The notes: generated by a model not told the origin, from the sequence alone. DNA of 64,000 bases from a virus (IMGVR_UViG_3300020577_007160:64001-128000); one strand, 5' to 3'; shown: positions 1 to 10,145, counted from the stretch's first letter. Numbers and translations are program-made.

Positions 1-1513
1 CATAAGAAAATACAACATCCTCTATCATATTTAACATTTTTAAAATTTCTTTACCATGAGAAATGCGAGTCACAGAAACTAAAACTGATAAATTCTTTGG
101 ATAACAATATCGAATAATATGGGTCGCTACTGTATTCCTATTGAAATTATTAACTATAAATCTATCATAAACCTTACTATAATTTTTAATAAAAAATTTC
201 TGCTTATTAAAATCATAAGGAATAAAGAAAACATTAGGTTCTGAAATAACTCCGAGATCAATAAAATATTGAGGTGATATTTTTACAATAGTAGAATGAA
301 GGCATCCAATGATGGCTGCGTCTTTTGGGGACTTATAAGGATCATCTCTATTTTCAAGAGGAGTGCCAGAGAATCCAAGCAATAAATCTAGATCATTAAA
401 GTCAGAAACAATTGATTTATAAGAAGTTGCGGAAAGATGATGGCAATTATGAACTAATATCCCTTCTGCGAAATAATTATTGTTTCCTTCAACTTCGATA
501 TTGTAGACATAGTCACAAGAAAAATCTAAAATTTCTTCAACACTTTCTGGATAACACTTGTTTACATAAGGTTCTTTGTGTAATATTCTATGTTCCCTAA
601 TGCAAACAGCTGAATGAAAAACATTCAAATTTTTAGCAGAAATATAAGACCTACTATTGGAATCATAAATAGGGTGTTCTGGAGTACACATAAATTCAGA
701 ACCATTACTAAATCGAATCTTAATCAAATTAGTTTTTAATTCGGATTTAAAGATTCTAAGTATTTTCTTTAATTCTATTTTTTTAGAATTATGATTAAAG
801 GATTTTACAAAATCTCCGGTCTTCAAAGTTGAAATAGGTTTTCCATCTACTAAAGTATCACCAGGAAAACACTCATCAACAATTATACCGCCAACAGTAG
901 AAAAAAATTCTTTATTAGCACCTTTTTTAAAAGAATTATATAGGGTATCAATAGTACAGACAATTATTTGTTTATCATAGTCTTTCTGAGAATCCCCTAA
1001 TAAACCTACATTTTGAATACCTCTTGATAAAAGTCTTTTAGCAGTTTGTTCCATCAGCCCAACTTCTTCTTCCAAAATAAGAATCTTTTTCTCAGAAGAA
1101 ACATTATCTTGATATAGTTTGGATACTCCACAGAAAATCTCAGTTTTGCCAGTACGTGTTGGAAGATCTACTATGCCCCGTGTTCTCAACATGCATTTTC
1201 TTATAGAGGAAATCTGATCATAACGAAGTGTTATTCCACTTAATAAATTTTCTGGGATTTCGAAATTAAAATTTTTTACTATAATATTATCTTTAATAGA
1301 TAAAGGTAAAGTGCCTAATTTTGATAGAACATAGGGTACTAATCCAGTAAAGAACTTACAATGGTCTTCATGGGTATATAAAAATTCCTTGTATAAAGTT
1401 ATACCACTAGGATATTCAATATAAGATAAAGACAATATATCTTTTAATTTAAAGAATTCTTCCTCATTATAGTTCTTTACATAAGTAAAATTAGACTCCT
1501 TAATAAACAACAT
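1..1513 (-). CDS. SF2 DNA helicase, UvsW-like, intein-containing (runs off the left edge; not in ORF track)
   Basis: Manual translation from ATG at 1513: Q motif LRYDQ, Walker A-like LPTRTGKT, Walker B IIVDE|CHH split by an intein, motif III GFSGTP, motif IV TRISHG. Frame is open to position 2. Confidence 0.9.
   Translation of the reverse strand, partial: MLFIKESNFTYVKNYNEEEFFKLKDILSLSYIEYPSGITLYKEFLYTHEDHCKFFTGLVPYVLSKLGTLPLSIKDNIIVKNFNFEIPENLLSGITLRYDQISSIRKCMLRTRGIVDLPTRTGKTEIFCGVSKLYQDNVSSEKKILILEEEVGLMEQTAKRLLSRGIQNVGLLGDSQKDYDKQIIVCTIDTLYNSFKKGANKEFFSTVGGIIVDECFPGDTLVDGKPISTLKTGDFVKSFNHNSKKIELKKILRIFKSELKTNLIKIRFSNGSEFMCTPEHPIYDSNSRSYISAKNLNVFHSAVCIREHRILHKEPYVNKCYPESVEEILDFSCDYVYNIEVEGNNNYFAEGILVHNCHHLSATSYKSIVSDFNDLDLLLGFSGTPLENRDDPYKSPKDAAIIGCLHSTIVKISPQYFIDLGVISEPNVFFIPYDFNKQKFFIKNYSKVYDRFIVNNFNRNTVATHIIRYCYPKNLSVLVSVTRISHGKEILKMLNMIEDVVFSY
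446..871 (-). mobile_element. Mini-intein (142 aa, no homing endonuclease) in the helicase DECH box
   Basis: Starts CFPGDTLV, block B CTPEHP, ends VYNIEVEGNNNYFAEGILVHN followed by Cys+1. Splicing restores VDECHH. Confidence 0.92.
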
Positions 1514-1873
1514 TTAAGATTCTAATAATAATTCATAAAATTCTTCAAGACTTTTTCCAGAAGAAATAAATTCTAAATGATTTGAATATTTAACAATATT
1601 CAATTGATGTTTCTTAATAGACTCTGAAAGTTTTACTATCTCTGCATTAGAAGTAATAATAGCATCTTTCAAAGATTCTTCTAATGGAAGAATAGTGCCT
1701 ATTTCCAATAATATCATTGTATCTTGAGATAGCTCCTCTAATGCTAATCTATTAGGATCTCTCAGAAAATTTATATTCTTGTTATATTTTAATAAAAAAT
1801 TTTTAAAATTCCAAGGTAAACTAGAAAATATCTTTCTTAAATCTGAAAGAATGAAAGTTTTTATAAATTGCAT
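1514..1873 (-). CDS. Hypothetical protein
   Basis: 119-aa ORF abutting the helicase start and preceded by a promoter-like motif; no recognised family. Confidence 0.6.
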   Translation of the reverse strand: MQFIKTFILSDLRKIFSSLPWNFKNFLLKYNKNINFLRDPNRLALEELSQDTMILLEIGTILPLEESLKDAIITSNAEIVKLSESIKKHQLNIVKYSNHLEFISSGKSLEEFYELLLES

Positions 1874-1907
1874 AAAATAAAAATAATTAAAAATTCACGA
1901 TACAAAC

Positions 1908-1931
1908 ATGAACGTTTTAATTTTTATAAAA
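1908..1931 (-). promoter_or_regulatory. Putative promoter TTTTAT-N11-CGTTCAT
   Basis: One of five copies of the bipartite motif; lies directly downstream of a terminator and upstream of the helicase operon. Confidence 0.6.
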
Positions 1932-1958
1932 AGAAAATGCCATCCGAGGATGGCATTT
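1928..1958 (-). terminator. Rho-independent terminator
   Basis: AAATGCCATC-cgag-GATGGCATTT stem with a T-tract on the minus strand. Confidence 0.8.
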
Positions 1959-1981
1959 AAATTGAACTATGATTATGGTAA

Positions 1982-2491
1982 TTACCAGGTAGTTGATCCA
2001 TTTACTTTAGATAAGTAAAATGCAAAACCTAAATATTCCCCTGTATAATTATCTGATTTATATTTTTCTCCATAAACATGAGAACGTCTTCCATACCAAT
2101 TACCATCGTAATCCTGTGCTAATCCATCTTCTTCGTTTTCAACAGGATCTACATAGATGTCATAACCTTCATAGGCAAAATCTTTTCCTTCATTACTGAG
2201 CTTGTCAGCGAGTTCTTCTAAATAAGAAAAAGAAACAAACCCATATTGACCAAGACCAAATGTATCAATGAATTCTTGGGTGTTGTCTGTGTAATTCTGA
2301 GGATTCAACCCAAACACTTCAAAAGCACTTTCTGGTGCTGATTTCAGTTTTTTACGAACAATAGAAACAAGGCTCGATAAACTTGCACCAGTGCTACGCT
2401 CTTCCCTAACATTTCTATTATTTCTATTAACACCAACTTTTCTTTCCAGTCTTTGTAATCTCTCATTGAGAGATAATTTTCTTTTAATCAT
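1982..2491 (-). CDS. Tagged hypothetical protein (putative capsid-packaged cargo)
   Basis: N-terminus KLSLNERLQRLERKVG...VREE; AGGAG Shine-Dalgarno (SD). Confidence 0.75.
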   Translation of the reverse strand: MIKRKLSLNERLQRLERKVGVNRNNRNVREERSTGASLSSLVSIVRKKLKSAPESAFEVFGLNPQNYTDNTQEFIDTFGLGQYGFVSFSYLEELADKLSNEGKDFAYEGYDIYVDPVENEEDGLAQDYDGNWYGRRSHVYGEKYKSDNYTGEYLGFAFYLSKVNGSTTW

Positions 2492-2499
2492 TGTTGTTC

Positions 2500-2533
2500 T
2501 CCTTTTATGAAAATTGTTAAAACTATATAACTG
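2500..2533 (-). promoter_or_regulatory. Conserved leader CAGTTATATAGTTTTA...ATAAAAGGA (putative late promoter plus SD)
   Basis: 16 bp identical to 43061-43076; variant at 17191-17205. Confidence 0.5.
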
Positions 2534-2556
2534 ATTAAAATATATATATTAACTAA

Positions 2557-3867
2557 TTAACCTTTCTCAATGTATTTAACGTTTGTCATATCTTTTATAT
2601 AATCGGGAGAAAACCCATTACCATCCAAACCAGGATTTTCACTTACAAATAGAACTCTAACTTCTTCTGGAATAAAATCAAGAGTTTTTAAATTGTTATC
2701 TTGAACACTCAATAAATCTAATTTTTTATCTTTAATCCCCTTCAAAGAAATTAAAAGATTTGATTCAAATAATAAACTTCCACCACCCACTTTTGGGCAA
2801 TGTTCTAAATTTCTTAATTTATTATTTGAAGCATTAACACCCCAACAAGTTTCTGGACATCCATAAAGAGTATCTAAATTATTATAACTAATATTCAATC
2901 TCCCCTCAATAATTCCAAATCTATCTAAACCAAATTTTGAATAAAGATACTCATGAACTGACTTATAAGACCCTAGTTTCTCCTTGAGATTAACATCCCC
3001 TGTGACGTTTATTATGTTTCCATCTAATTCAACCTTACGGCATTTAAACGTAGATGCGAGTTTTAATTCAACAGAATCTGCTAAATTAATTGGTAAATCC
3101 TCCCAAGATTCTATTGGATTTCCATCCCAGATCAATTCCCCTTTAACATTTTTAAGATCTTCTGTGTGATATTTAAAGTCTTCGATGTTATTATTGGATA
3201 TATTTAAATCCCCACCAATTTTCTTTGGCATTCCCCAAAGACTTTCTAAATTATTAAAAGAAACGTCAAAATCCCCAGTAACTTCTAAAATACATTTAAT
3301 TTTCAAAGATTTTAAATACTCGTTAATAGTTTTAAAATTCTTCAATTGACCTGAAAAATTAACATCTCCTCTGATTATTACATCCCTATTAATTAGGGTA
3401 ATTTCTCCATTAACAAATTTTTGTAAAGAATTCTTAGCATTAATATCATCAAAATTATCTTTTAAAAATTGTTTTATACCATTAAATGGTTTACCATTTA
3501 CTTTTGTCAGATAAAACAATCCCCTTTCATAGGGGGGATAATAATATTTTTTATTTCTAAATTCTCTTATTTTTAATTTTGGAGTAAAGTCACAACAAAA
3601 TCCAGAATAAGAAAATGTACCTAGTACATCCTTAATATCATTAAAAATAGTATGGCCAATAAATCTTGGGTCATCAGAATTCAACATCTCTACAATATCA
3701 TCCCCCGTAAGACGGTCATCAATATCTATTGAATCAACTTTCTCTGGGAGAGATTTATCTCTTAAATATTTTTCTATGTCAGGGATAGAGGTGAGAGATT
3801 CAGAAATAATGCCCAATTCTCTCTCAAGAATCGAAAGTCTTTCAACAATTGATTTGTTAGATTTCAT
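2557..3867 (-). CDS. Tagged LRR-like repeat protein (paralog of 7195..8529)
   Basis: SIVERLSILERELGIISES tag; repeats such as GDFDVSFNNLESLWGMP and NASNNKLRNLEHCP. Confidence 0.8.
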   Translation of the reverse strand: MKSNKSIVERLSILERELGIISESLTSIPDIEKYLRDKSLPEKVDSIDIDDRLTGDDIVEMLNSDDPRFIGHTIFNDIKDVLGTFSYSGFCCDFTPKLKIREFRNKKYYYPPYERGLFYLTKVNGKPFNGIKQFLKDNFDDINAKNSLQKFVNGEITLINRDVIIRGDVNFSGQLKNFKTINEYLKSLKIKCILEVTGDFDVSFNNLESLWGMPKKIGGDLNISNNNIEDFKYHTEDLKNVKGELIWDGNPIESWEDLPINLADSVELKLASTFKCRKVELDGNIINVTGDVNLKEKLGSYKSVHEYLYSKFGLDRFGIIEGRLNISYNNLDTLYGCPETCWGVNASNNKLRNLEHCPKVGGGSLLFESNLLISLKGIKDKKLDLLSVQDNNLKTLDFIPEEVRVLFVSENPGLDGNGFSPDYIKDMTNVKYIEKG

Positions 3868-3930
3868 CCAATTTTCTCAGTTAAAATATATAAAATTTTA
3901 TAACTAAAATTTTAAAATAAACATCAAAAT

Positions 3931-6471
3931 TTACCAAACTATTTTAAATTTAACCTTCTTACCAGGATCTACAAATTTCATTATTATATCTTCATTTTCC
4001 TCTACGTCTGTCAACTCCGAACATAAGAACGTTTTTGTCATGCGTAATCTCGCAATCAAATCCTTAGCGTCTAGTTCACAACCTTTTAGCAGCCATGCTT
4101 TGTCATTGAATTTTGATAGAGAACACGCACCCCCCCATGACGTACCAATTTCAATATCAGCAGTTATTGGTACTCCATTCAAAAAGTCATGACGCTCTGC
4201 AACACCCTCGTTCATCGTATGATGAACAATATTCAAAACCTCAAATATCTCATCAGGATGGGTATCCACCTGAATCGAATCGTGAACTGTACCGATTAAT
4301 TTGGATTTTAAATTTCTTGTTTTTAATTCCTCATATATCTTCAACGTAGATCCCAAAACTACATCAGAAGCTGTTGATTGAATTGGGGTATTTTGTGCTG
4401 CTCTTTGGGACTCTGCTATTTTCTTCCACTCCGTAGAATCAACATCTCTTAAATGTCTTATTCTTCCAAATTTAGTTTGAACAAATTTATTCTTTTTCAA
4501 AAATTTATGTTGATACTCTATCCAGGATTTCAAAGCAGGAAACCCAACAAAAAAGAAATCTACTAACTTCTTTGCTTCTTCCCTTGATATCCCTAAATCA
4601 TTTGATAATCCGTATTCCCCCTTTCCGTATAAGATCCCGAAGACTATTGTCTTAGCACGTTTACGTTCCTGTTTAGAAACAAGTTCTGGGGAAGTTTTAA
4701 ACATCTGGGATGCCACATAAGAATGAATATCATACCCTTTTATATATGCGTCTTTTAATTTCTCATCTTTACTTAATGCTGTGATTACTTTTACTTCAAT
4801 TTGGGCAAAATCGCTAGAAATAATTAAACCACCAATGTCTGCGAAACGGCTCACAATCATTCTTTTGATATCATTTCCAGAAGGCAAAGTATGGAAATAC
4901 GATGAATTATGAACCACAACTCCAGAAGACAACAAAAAATTATTCCAACCATCCAACACTGAAATATCATACACTGGAACAGGATTCAACAACAGAACTA
5001 ACATTATTTTAGATACATAGATATTGATACCCTTTGACATCAACATATCATTTTCAATGAGGTCTTTGGCTTCCTTGTATGTTCCATCGTGGAGCATCCA
5101 TTTATGATCAGGGGTGCATCTTTCGGAGCAACCATTACTCAACATGACCTCGATCAATTCTGACGTGTATTTTGTCAGTCCTAATGATATTGCTTTTGCA
5201 TATTGGATCTCACCTTCTGGACTGCATGAATAGACATAGAATTCACTATCTTTTTCTAATTCATCCAATCTCTTTTCAGTACCATTTAATAATGGTATTT
5301 TTGTTTCACCTACAAAACACAGTCTCCCCGTTGCAGTGCCAATCAAATTATATTCTGGAGTATACATATCCCCAAATCTTCTTTCATCTAATGGCTCAAG
5401 ATATGTTGACAACATTTTAACAGAATTACGATTTTCCAATAATTCAGAACAGAATTTTTTAGCATCTTCTGATACTTCTCCAGAATTAGATTCTATTAAT
5501 TTCAATAATGATTTTTCATCCGTTGAAGGAAACCCTTTTTCTGTTTTTGTCAAAACAGGGCAATTATAATAGTTCTTACCAAATAAAACATTACCTACCT
5601 GTTTTGTTGAATCAATATTAAATTGCGTTAAAGTATCCTCCTTGTATTTTTTAATAAAAGGCAAATTCTGAATATGGTCTTCAAATTCCTGGATCTTTTT
5701 AGAATAGCATTCTATAAGAAAATTTCGAAAATTCCAATCAATAGAAATCCCAGTTGTTTTTAATTCAACAAAAACATGAATAGCTTTCAATAAGTATTCA
5801 TATGCAGTCATAATCCTATTTTTTGCCTTCTCTAGTAAGCCTAGTCGAAGATAATATGTGGCAATGGAATCATATGCACCATACTTGGAAAGTATCTCAT
5901 AGGGAATATTGAAAAAGTGACGGTCTTTCTTCAAACGATGGGAATTTAATTCTTTTTGAAGTTCATCCTCCCAAACAAGATCAACGTCAAAAGTGTGGCG
6001 GAAAATATTTTTCAGGGATAACGGCATTCCGGTGTCACGGCGAGCACCATAAATATAATAAGCCAGAAATAAAGTATCATCCTTAATTCGGACTCTTGAC
6101 ATGTCGAGTTTGAATTGAAATGCCAAGTAACTCAAGTCAAAAATAAGGTTATGACCAACGACAGGAATAACATAAAGAAGTTTGAATAAACAACTAAGGA
6201 TAATAGATTTTTCATTTTCTGGAACATAAAATCCAGGATGATCATATCCAATATAATAACCTATTTTATGGATAGGATCACAAATAGAAAATCCAGCAAA
6301 TCCACAATCAGGCTTATAAAAATCTAAGTGTTTTGTTTCAACGTCGAAAACAAAATGATCAATATCTCCAGCTATGTACTTTTGAAGTACTACTCCTGCA
6401 ATATCCCTGAATTCAAAAGCATTAAGTTCCTTCGTGATTAATAATTCGTCTGAATTATATTTTGTTAACAT
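3931..6471 (-). CDS. polA: Family A DNA polymerase with 3'-5' exonuclease, intein-containing
   Basis: Exonuclease motifs FDVET, VGHNLIFD, YGAYD; TATGRL|SS; motif A SDFAQIE; motif B RKRAKTIVFGILYG; motif C TVHDS. Confidence 0.95.
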   Translation of the reverse strand: MLTKYNSDELLITKELNAFEFRDIAGVVLQKYIAGDIDHFVFDVETKHLDFYKPDCGFAGFSICDPIHKIGYYIGYDHPGFYVPENEKSIILSCLFKLLYVIPVVGHNLIFDLSYLAFQFKLDMSRVRIKDDTLFLAYYIYGARRDTGMPLSLKNIFRHTFDVDLVWEDELQKELNSHRLKKDRHFFNIPYEILSKYGAYDSIATYYLRLGLLEKAKNRIMTAYEYLLKAIHVFVELKTTGISIDWNFRNFLIECYSKKIQEFEDHIQNLPFIKKYKEDTLTQFNIDSTKQVGNVLFGKNYYNCPVLTKTEKGFPSTDEKSLLKLIESNSGEVSEDAKKFCSELLENRNSVKMLSTYLEPLDERRFGDMYTPEYNLIGTATGRLCFVGETKIPLLNGTEKRLDELEKDSEFYVYSCSPEGEIQYAKAISLGLTKYTSELIEVMLSNGCSERCTPDHKWMLHDGTYKEAKDLIENDMLMSKGINIYVSKIMLVLLLNPVPVYDISVLDGWNNFLLSSGVVVHNSSYFHTLPSGNDIKRMIVSRFADIGGLIISSDFAQIEVKVITALSKDEKLKDAYIKGYDIHSYVASQMFKTSPELVSKQERKRAKTIVFGILYGKGEYGLSNDLGISREEAKKLVDFFFVGFPALKSWIEYQHKFLKKNKFVQTKFGRIRHLRDVDSTEWKKIAESQRAAQNTPIQSTASDVVLGSTLKIYEELKTRNLKSKLIGTVHDSIQVDTHPDEIFEVLNIVHHTMNEGVAERHDFLNGVPITADIEIGTSWGGACSLSKFNDKAWLLKGCELDAKDLIARLRMTKTFLCSELTDVEENEDIIMKFVDPGKKVKFKIVW
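4906..5319 (-). mobile_element. Mini-intein (138 aa) in the DNA polymerase
   Basis: CFVGETKI...CTPDHKW...VYDISV...VVHN/S inserted in TGRL|SS; too short to hold a homing endonuclease. Confidence 0.92.
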
Positions 6472-6516
6472 AATACTATCACAATATCTCTGGATTAAAA
6501 TTCTTTAAATACTATC

Positions 6517-6540
6517 AAGAACGGAACAATAATCTTAAAA
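6517..6540 (-). promoter_or_regulatory. Putative promoter TTTTAA-N11-CGTTCTT
   Basis: Motif copy between a terminator and the DNA polymerase start. Confidence 0.6.
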
Positions 6541-6571
6541 TAATTAATGCCCATAAAATGGGCATTAATTA
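6537..6571 (-). terminator. Rho-independent terminator
   Basis: Perfect 14-bp stem TAATTAATGCCCAT/ATGGGCATTAATTA followed by T residues on the minus strand. Confidence 0.75.
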
Positions 6572-6590
6572 TAATCGTCAGTTATCACAA

Positions 6591-6737
6591 TTACTTACTG
6601 GCATCTTTGTAATAAAGATCATAATAATCCTGATCTTCCTTTTTTGTAAGAGAAACCATTTTTGTTGCTAACTTCTTAGAAATTAAAGAAGCAATATAAA
6701 ACAACCATGCATAAAACTTGATTTTTAATTTTGGCAT
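6591..6737 (-). CDS. Small hypothetical protein (48 aa; below the ORF-track cutoff)
   Basis: MPKLKIKFYAWLFYIASLISKKL...DASK; fills the gap between 6755 and the terminator. Confidence 0.5.
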   Translation of the reverse strand: MPKLKIKFYAWLFYIASLISKKLATKMVSLTKKEDQDYYDLYYKDASK

Positions 6738-6754
6738 ATATTTATAATATAGAA

Positions 6755-7162
6755 TTAAAGTAGTCCTAGATTTTCTAGTGTTTCCATTGGAATTACTAAT
6801 TGTAATTCTGCTAATATTAGCAAACCATCTTCCAACGAAATTGTTTTCTGATTACTTTCTTCAGAACGTTTATTCTTTAGTAAGATGTGCATACTATCCT
6901 TTGATAAGGATATTAGTATCCTATATTCATCTTTTTCAAGAACAGAATATGATCGAGAACAAAATGGTGCTGTACCATTATCAAAATGAAGAGCATCAGG
7001 AAATAATGAAAAATCATGATGATAAAATCTTTCAAACTTCGCACCCGTTGGAGTCACGAACTCTGGATACTCTTCAGAAAAATCCAGACGTTGTAAGGGT
7101 ATTGATTGAAGTATTTCTTCTGGTTTTGATTCTTCCTGCGTTGATGTTGGTTTTTTAGCCAT
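6755..7162 (-). CDS. Hypothetical protein
   Basis: 135-aa ORF with AAGGA SD, co-oriented with its neighbours. Confidence 0.65.
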   Translation of the reverse strand: MAKKPTSTQEESKPEEILQSIPLQRLDFSEEYPEFVTPTGAKFERFYHHDFSLFPDALHFDNGTAPFCSRSYSVLEKDEYRILISLSKDSMHILLKNKRSEESNQKTISLEDGLLILAELQLVIPMETLENLGLL

Positions 7163-7194
7163 GATATATTTTCCTTGAAATTTTAAATAACTAT

Positions 7195-8529
7195 TTAAAA
7201 ACGAATATCCTTACATTCTGTTTTACTTAAAACATAATCCTCCGTAAACCCTCTTCCGTTTAATCCTGGATTTTTCATTACATTTGCCATATAATTGATT
7301 TTCTTTGGTATAAAATCTAGAGATTTTAATTTATTATCCATAACATCGAAATCCCATATTATATCGTCTTTAATACCCTCTAAAGAAATTAAAGAATTTG
7401 AATAAAATTCTAATGTTCCATGAACCCCAACTTCAGGACAATACTCTAAATTTCGAAGATTATTATTACTCGCATTTATCGAAAGACATTTTTTAGGACA
7501 TCCATAAAGAGATTCTAAATTATTAGAACTAATATTTATTTGATGAGAAATAGTTCCAAACCCTTCTAAACCAAATTCAGATTTAAGATAATCATGAACA
7601 GATTTATAAGAACCTAATTTACCAGAAAGATAAACATTACCAAAAGCATTTATTAAATCACCATCTAACTCAACTCTTTTACACTTAAAAAGAAAAGTTA
7701 ATTTTAACTCTAAATTATTAATAAATTTAACTGGCAGAAATTCCCAATCATCAATAGGGTTATTATTAAATATAAATTTTCCACCAACATTTTCAAGCTG
7801 TTTATCACAATATCTAAAACCAGAAATTCTATTATTGGAGATATCCAAATCTCCATATATTTCATAAGGCATTCCATAAAGAGATTCTAAATTATTGTCA
7901 GAAAAATCAACATTACCAGTGACTTTTGAAATCTCTTTAATTTTCAAGGATTTTAAAAAATCTTTAATACTTTTAAAATTTCCTAGTTTTCCTGAAAGAT
8001 CCAGATCCCCGTTAATTACAATACTTCGCTTTTTTAAAGCAACTTCACCATCCACATATTTTTCTAGAAAATTTAAAACATTAATACTATCAAAATTTAA
8101 TTTTAAAAATTGTTCAATACTATTGAATTGTTTTTTATCTACAGAGGTAAGATAAAATACTCCGTACTCATCCCAAGGAGTATGAACAAATTTTTTATTT
8201 CTAAGTTCCCGAACATTCAATTTTCCAGAAGTAAAATCACAACAAAATCCAGAATAAACAAAAGAACCCAATACACCTTGAATATCATAAAATCCATCGT
8301 GATCAATAAATCTTGGGTCGTCTAAATCAAGATATTTTAAAAGATCCCGCCCTGAATCAACAAATCTTTGGGGATTAATTTCTAATTCTTTTATCTTCGC
8401 AGGTACTGATTTCTGAATTAAATATTCTTCTACCTCAGATTTAGAATTAAAAGATTCCTGAATTATTCCTAGTTCTTTTTCTAAGAAAAGGATTCTATCT
8501 AAAATAGAATTTGATTTAATAGTTTTCAT
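7195..8529 (-). CDS. Tagged LRR-like repeat protein (paralog of 2557..3867)
   Basis: SILDRILFLEKELGIIQES tag; shares DDPRFI, YSGFCCDFT and FKCxxVELDG segments plus LRR-like repeats with 2557..3867. Confidence 0.8.
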   Translation of the reverse strand: MKTIKSNSILDRILFLEKELGIIQESFNSKSEVEEYLIQKSVPAKIKELEINPQRFVDSGRDLLKYLDLDDPRFIDHDGFYDIQGVLGSFVYSGFCCDFTSGKLNVRELRNKKFVHTPWDEYGVFYLTSVDKKQFNSIEQFLKLNFDSINVLNFLEKYVDGEVALKKRSIVINGDLDLSGKLGNFKSIKDFLKSLKIKEISKVTGNVDFSDNNLESLYGMPYEIYGDLDISNNRISGFRYCDKQLENVGGKFIFNNNPIDDWEFLPVKFINNLELKLTFLFKCKRVELDGDLINAFGNVYLSGKLGSYKSVHDYLKSEFGLEGFGTISHQINISSNNLESLYGCPKKCLSINASNNNLRNLEYCPEVGVHGTLEFYSNSLISLEGIKDDIIWDFDVMDNKLKSLDFIPKKINYMANVMKNPGLNGRGFTEDYVLSKTECKDIRF

Positions 8530-8557
8530 TTTATAAATTTAATTTTGAAAAATTTAT

Positions 8558-9673
8558 TTATATAACCTGCTTTGATGGTGAGGAAGACCTAACTTTAATA
8601 AACAACTTACTTATTTTTTGATAAAATAAATCAGTCTTATTATAATAATTAGACTCAAGATACGGTACAATATAAGAAACAAATTCACTAGACTTCTTCC
8701 ACAATAAATATAAAATAGGGATTTCAAAATAAATCGTAGAATCCTGAGAAAGTTTTAGAAAACTTGAATTAATTAAACTTGTTTTAAATTTGTTCCAAAT
8801 ATCAATCAAAATATCAACATTTGGATTTTCTAATGAATTGATAATATCAATACAATTCTTGTAATTCGTGAAACAACTATCAAAGACTTCCAAAGAATCA
8901 AATTGAACAGGAGGACAATAAATATCATCCCGATCCTGCAGGTTTTCTTGCAAGAGTTTTTTCATTTTATCCCAATGAGGTTCATAAATATGAAAAGACA
9001 TTGAATTATGAAGATATGTTCCTAATCCTACCCCTAATTGATTCGCAATAAACTCCTGAAGGAATGTAAACGCGAAATAATTCGTTCCACTGTATCCCCA
9101 CCATTCGTCGTTACTCCTGTTATCAACAGTCATATATAATTTATTTATGTTGTCCTCTGGATCCCGACGAACTAAAAAATGAATCATATTATTGCATGCT
9201 ATATCCTTACCAGGAGTAGAATCTACTGGAGGATAAGAAATCACCAAAAAGGCACGTCTTGAATATAAATCTTTTTTCAGAATTTCAATAACAACTTTTA
9301 ATTGATCTATTGGCAATCCAGCATCGTTGGGATAACTCCGAATTCGTTTTCCATAACCAGATCTCCAGACTGGGGATTCATCGTCAGGATTATCTGAGAA
9401 CTCAATGGCACGAGGTAGAAATGGTGACAAGTACTTTACTTCATTTGATCCCCCCAATACCCACACTGCTTCCGCAATCTGAGCAATTAGATTCTCCTTC
9501 CTGCTGTGAAAACCAATGAGCCTATTCTTTGGGTCAATGGCAGCTATTCCGACTTGTAGTAACTCTTTGGTGCGTCCGTAACGGGAATCAATTTCAGGTG
9601 CAATATCAAGGTATTCGCTCAAGGTCTTGATTGCTGAGGTCAATCCCTTTGTGTAAATTAAAGATGGTAACAT
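8558..9673 (-). CDS. Thymidylate synthase-family protein, probably dUMP hydroxymethyltransferase
   Basis: YGKRIR, DQL..V..L..D..SRRA, catalytic DIACNN and RSNDEWWGYSGTNYFAFTFLQE; Asn at the dUMP-specificity position. Confidence 0.8.
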   Translation of the reverse strand: MLPSLIYTKGLTSAIKTLSEYLDIAPEIDSRYGRTKELLQVGIAAIDPKNRLIGFHSRKENLIAQIAEAVWVLGGSNEVKYLSPFLPRAIEFSDNPDDESPVWRSGYGKRIRSYPNDAGLPIDQLKVVIEILKKDLYSRRAFLVISYPPVDSTPGKDIACNNMIHFLVRRDPEDNINKLYMTVDNRSNDEWWGYSGTNYFAFTFLQEFIANQLGVGLGTYLHNSMSFHIYEPHWDKMKKLLQENLQDRDDIYCPPVQFDSLEVFDSCFTNYKNCIDIINSLENPNVDILIDIWNKFKTSLINSSFLKLSQDSTIYFEIPILYLLWKKSSEFVSYIVPYLESNYYNKTDLFYQKISKLFIKVRSSSPSKQVI

Positions 9674-10145
9674 TTTTATGTTCGTGGATTTTATTGAGTA
9701 AATAACTATACGTTTTCTTTTTTAAACTCGCAAAATGAGTTATAGTCTTTGGAGTAAGAGGAATATAATGATCGTTTTTATAAACGATAAAATCTAAATC
9801 TCTTTCCAAGAGATAATAACATTTTCTAAATAAGTAACCTTTAGCAACCGTACCACCAAAGTCATGATATTTGGGAATAAAAATTAATGGGGTACAAAAA
9901 TGTTCAGGAGAAAAATGTTTTTCTAATCGTATTGATTTTCCATTCTGAGGATTATAAATAATTGTTGCTTCAACCTTGTAATAAGGACATTTTGAACGCG
10001 GAACAAGAACTGAATTACCACTAGGTATTCTTACACCAGAAGAATAATAATCTGAATTATTAGACTGACGAATTAAATATTTATCGGTTCTTTCATAAAT
10101 TCTATTATCTATGATAAGAACATCTGAAAAAGATTTAATTTTCAC
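9606..10145 (-). CDS. Hypothetical protein
   Basis: 179-aa ORF overlapping its neighbours in the operon. Confidence 0.6.
   Translation of the reverse strand: MKIKSFSDVLIIDNRIYERTDKYLIRQSNNSDYYSSGVRIPSGNSVLVPRSKCPYYKVEATIIYNPQNGKSIRLEKHFSPEHFCTPLIFIPKYHDFGGTVAKGYLFRKCYYLLERDLDFIVYKNDHYIPLTPKTITHFASLKKKTYSYLLNKIHEHKNVTIFNLHKGIDLSNQDLERIP

Noticed and set aside
446-5319. Homing endonucleases within the inteins
   Set aside because: Both inteins are about 140 aa with no LAGLIDADG or HNH motifs.
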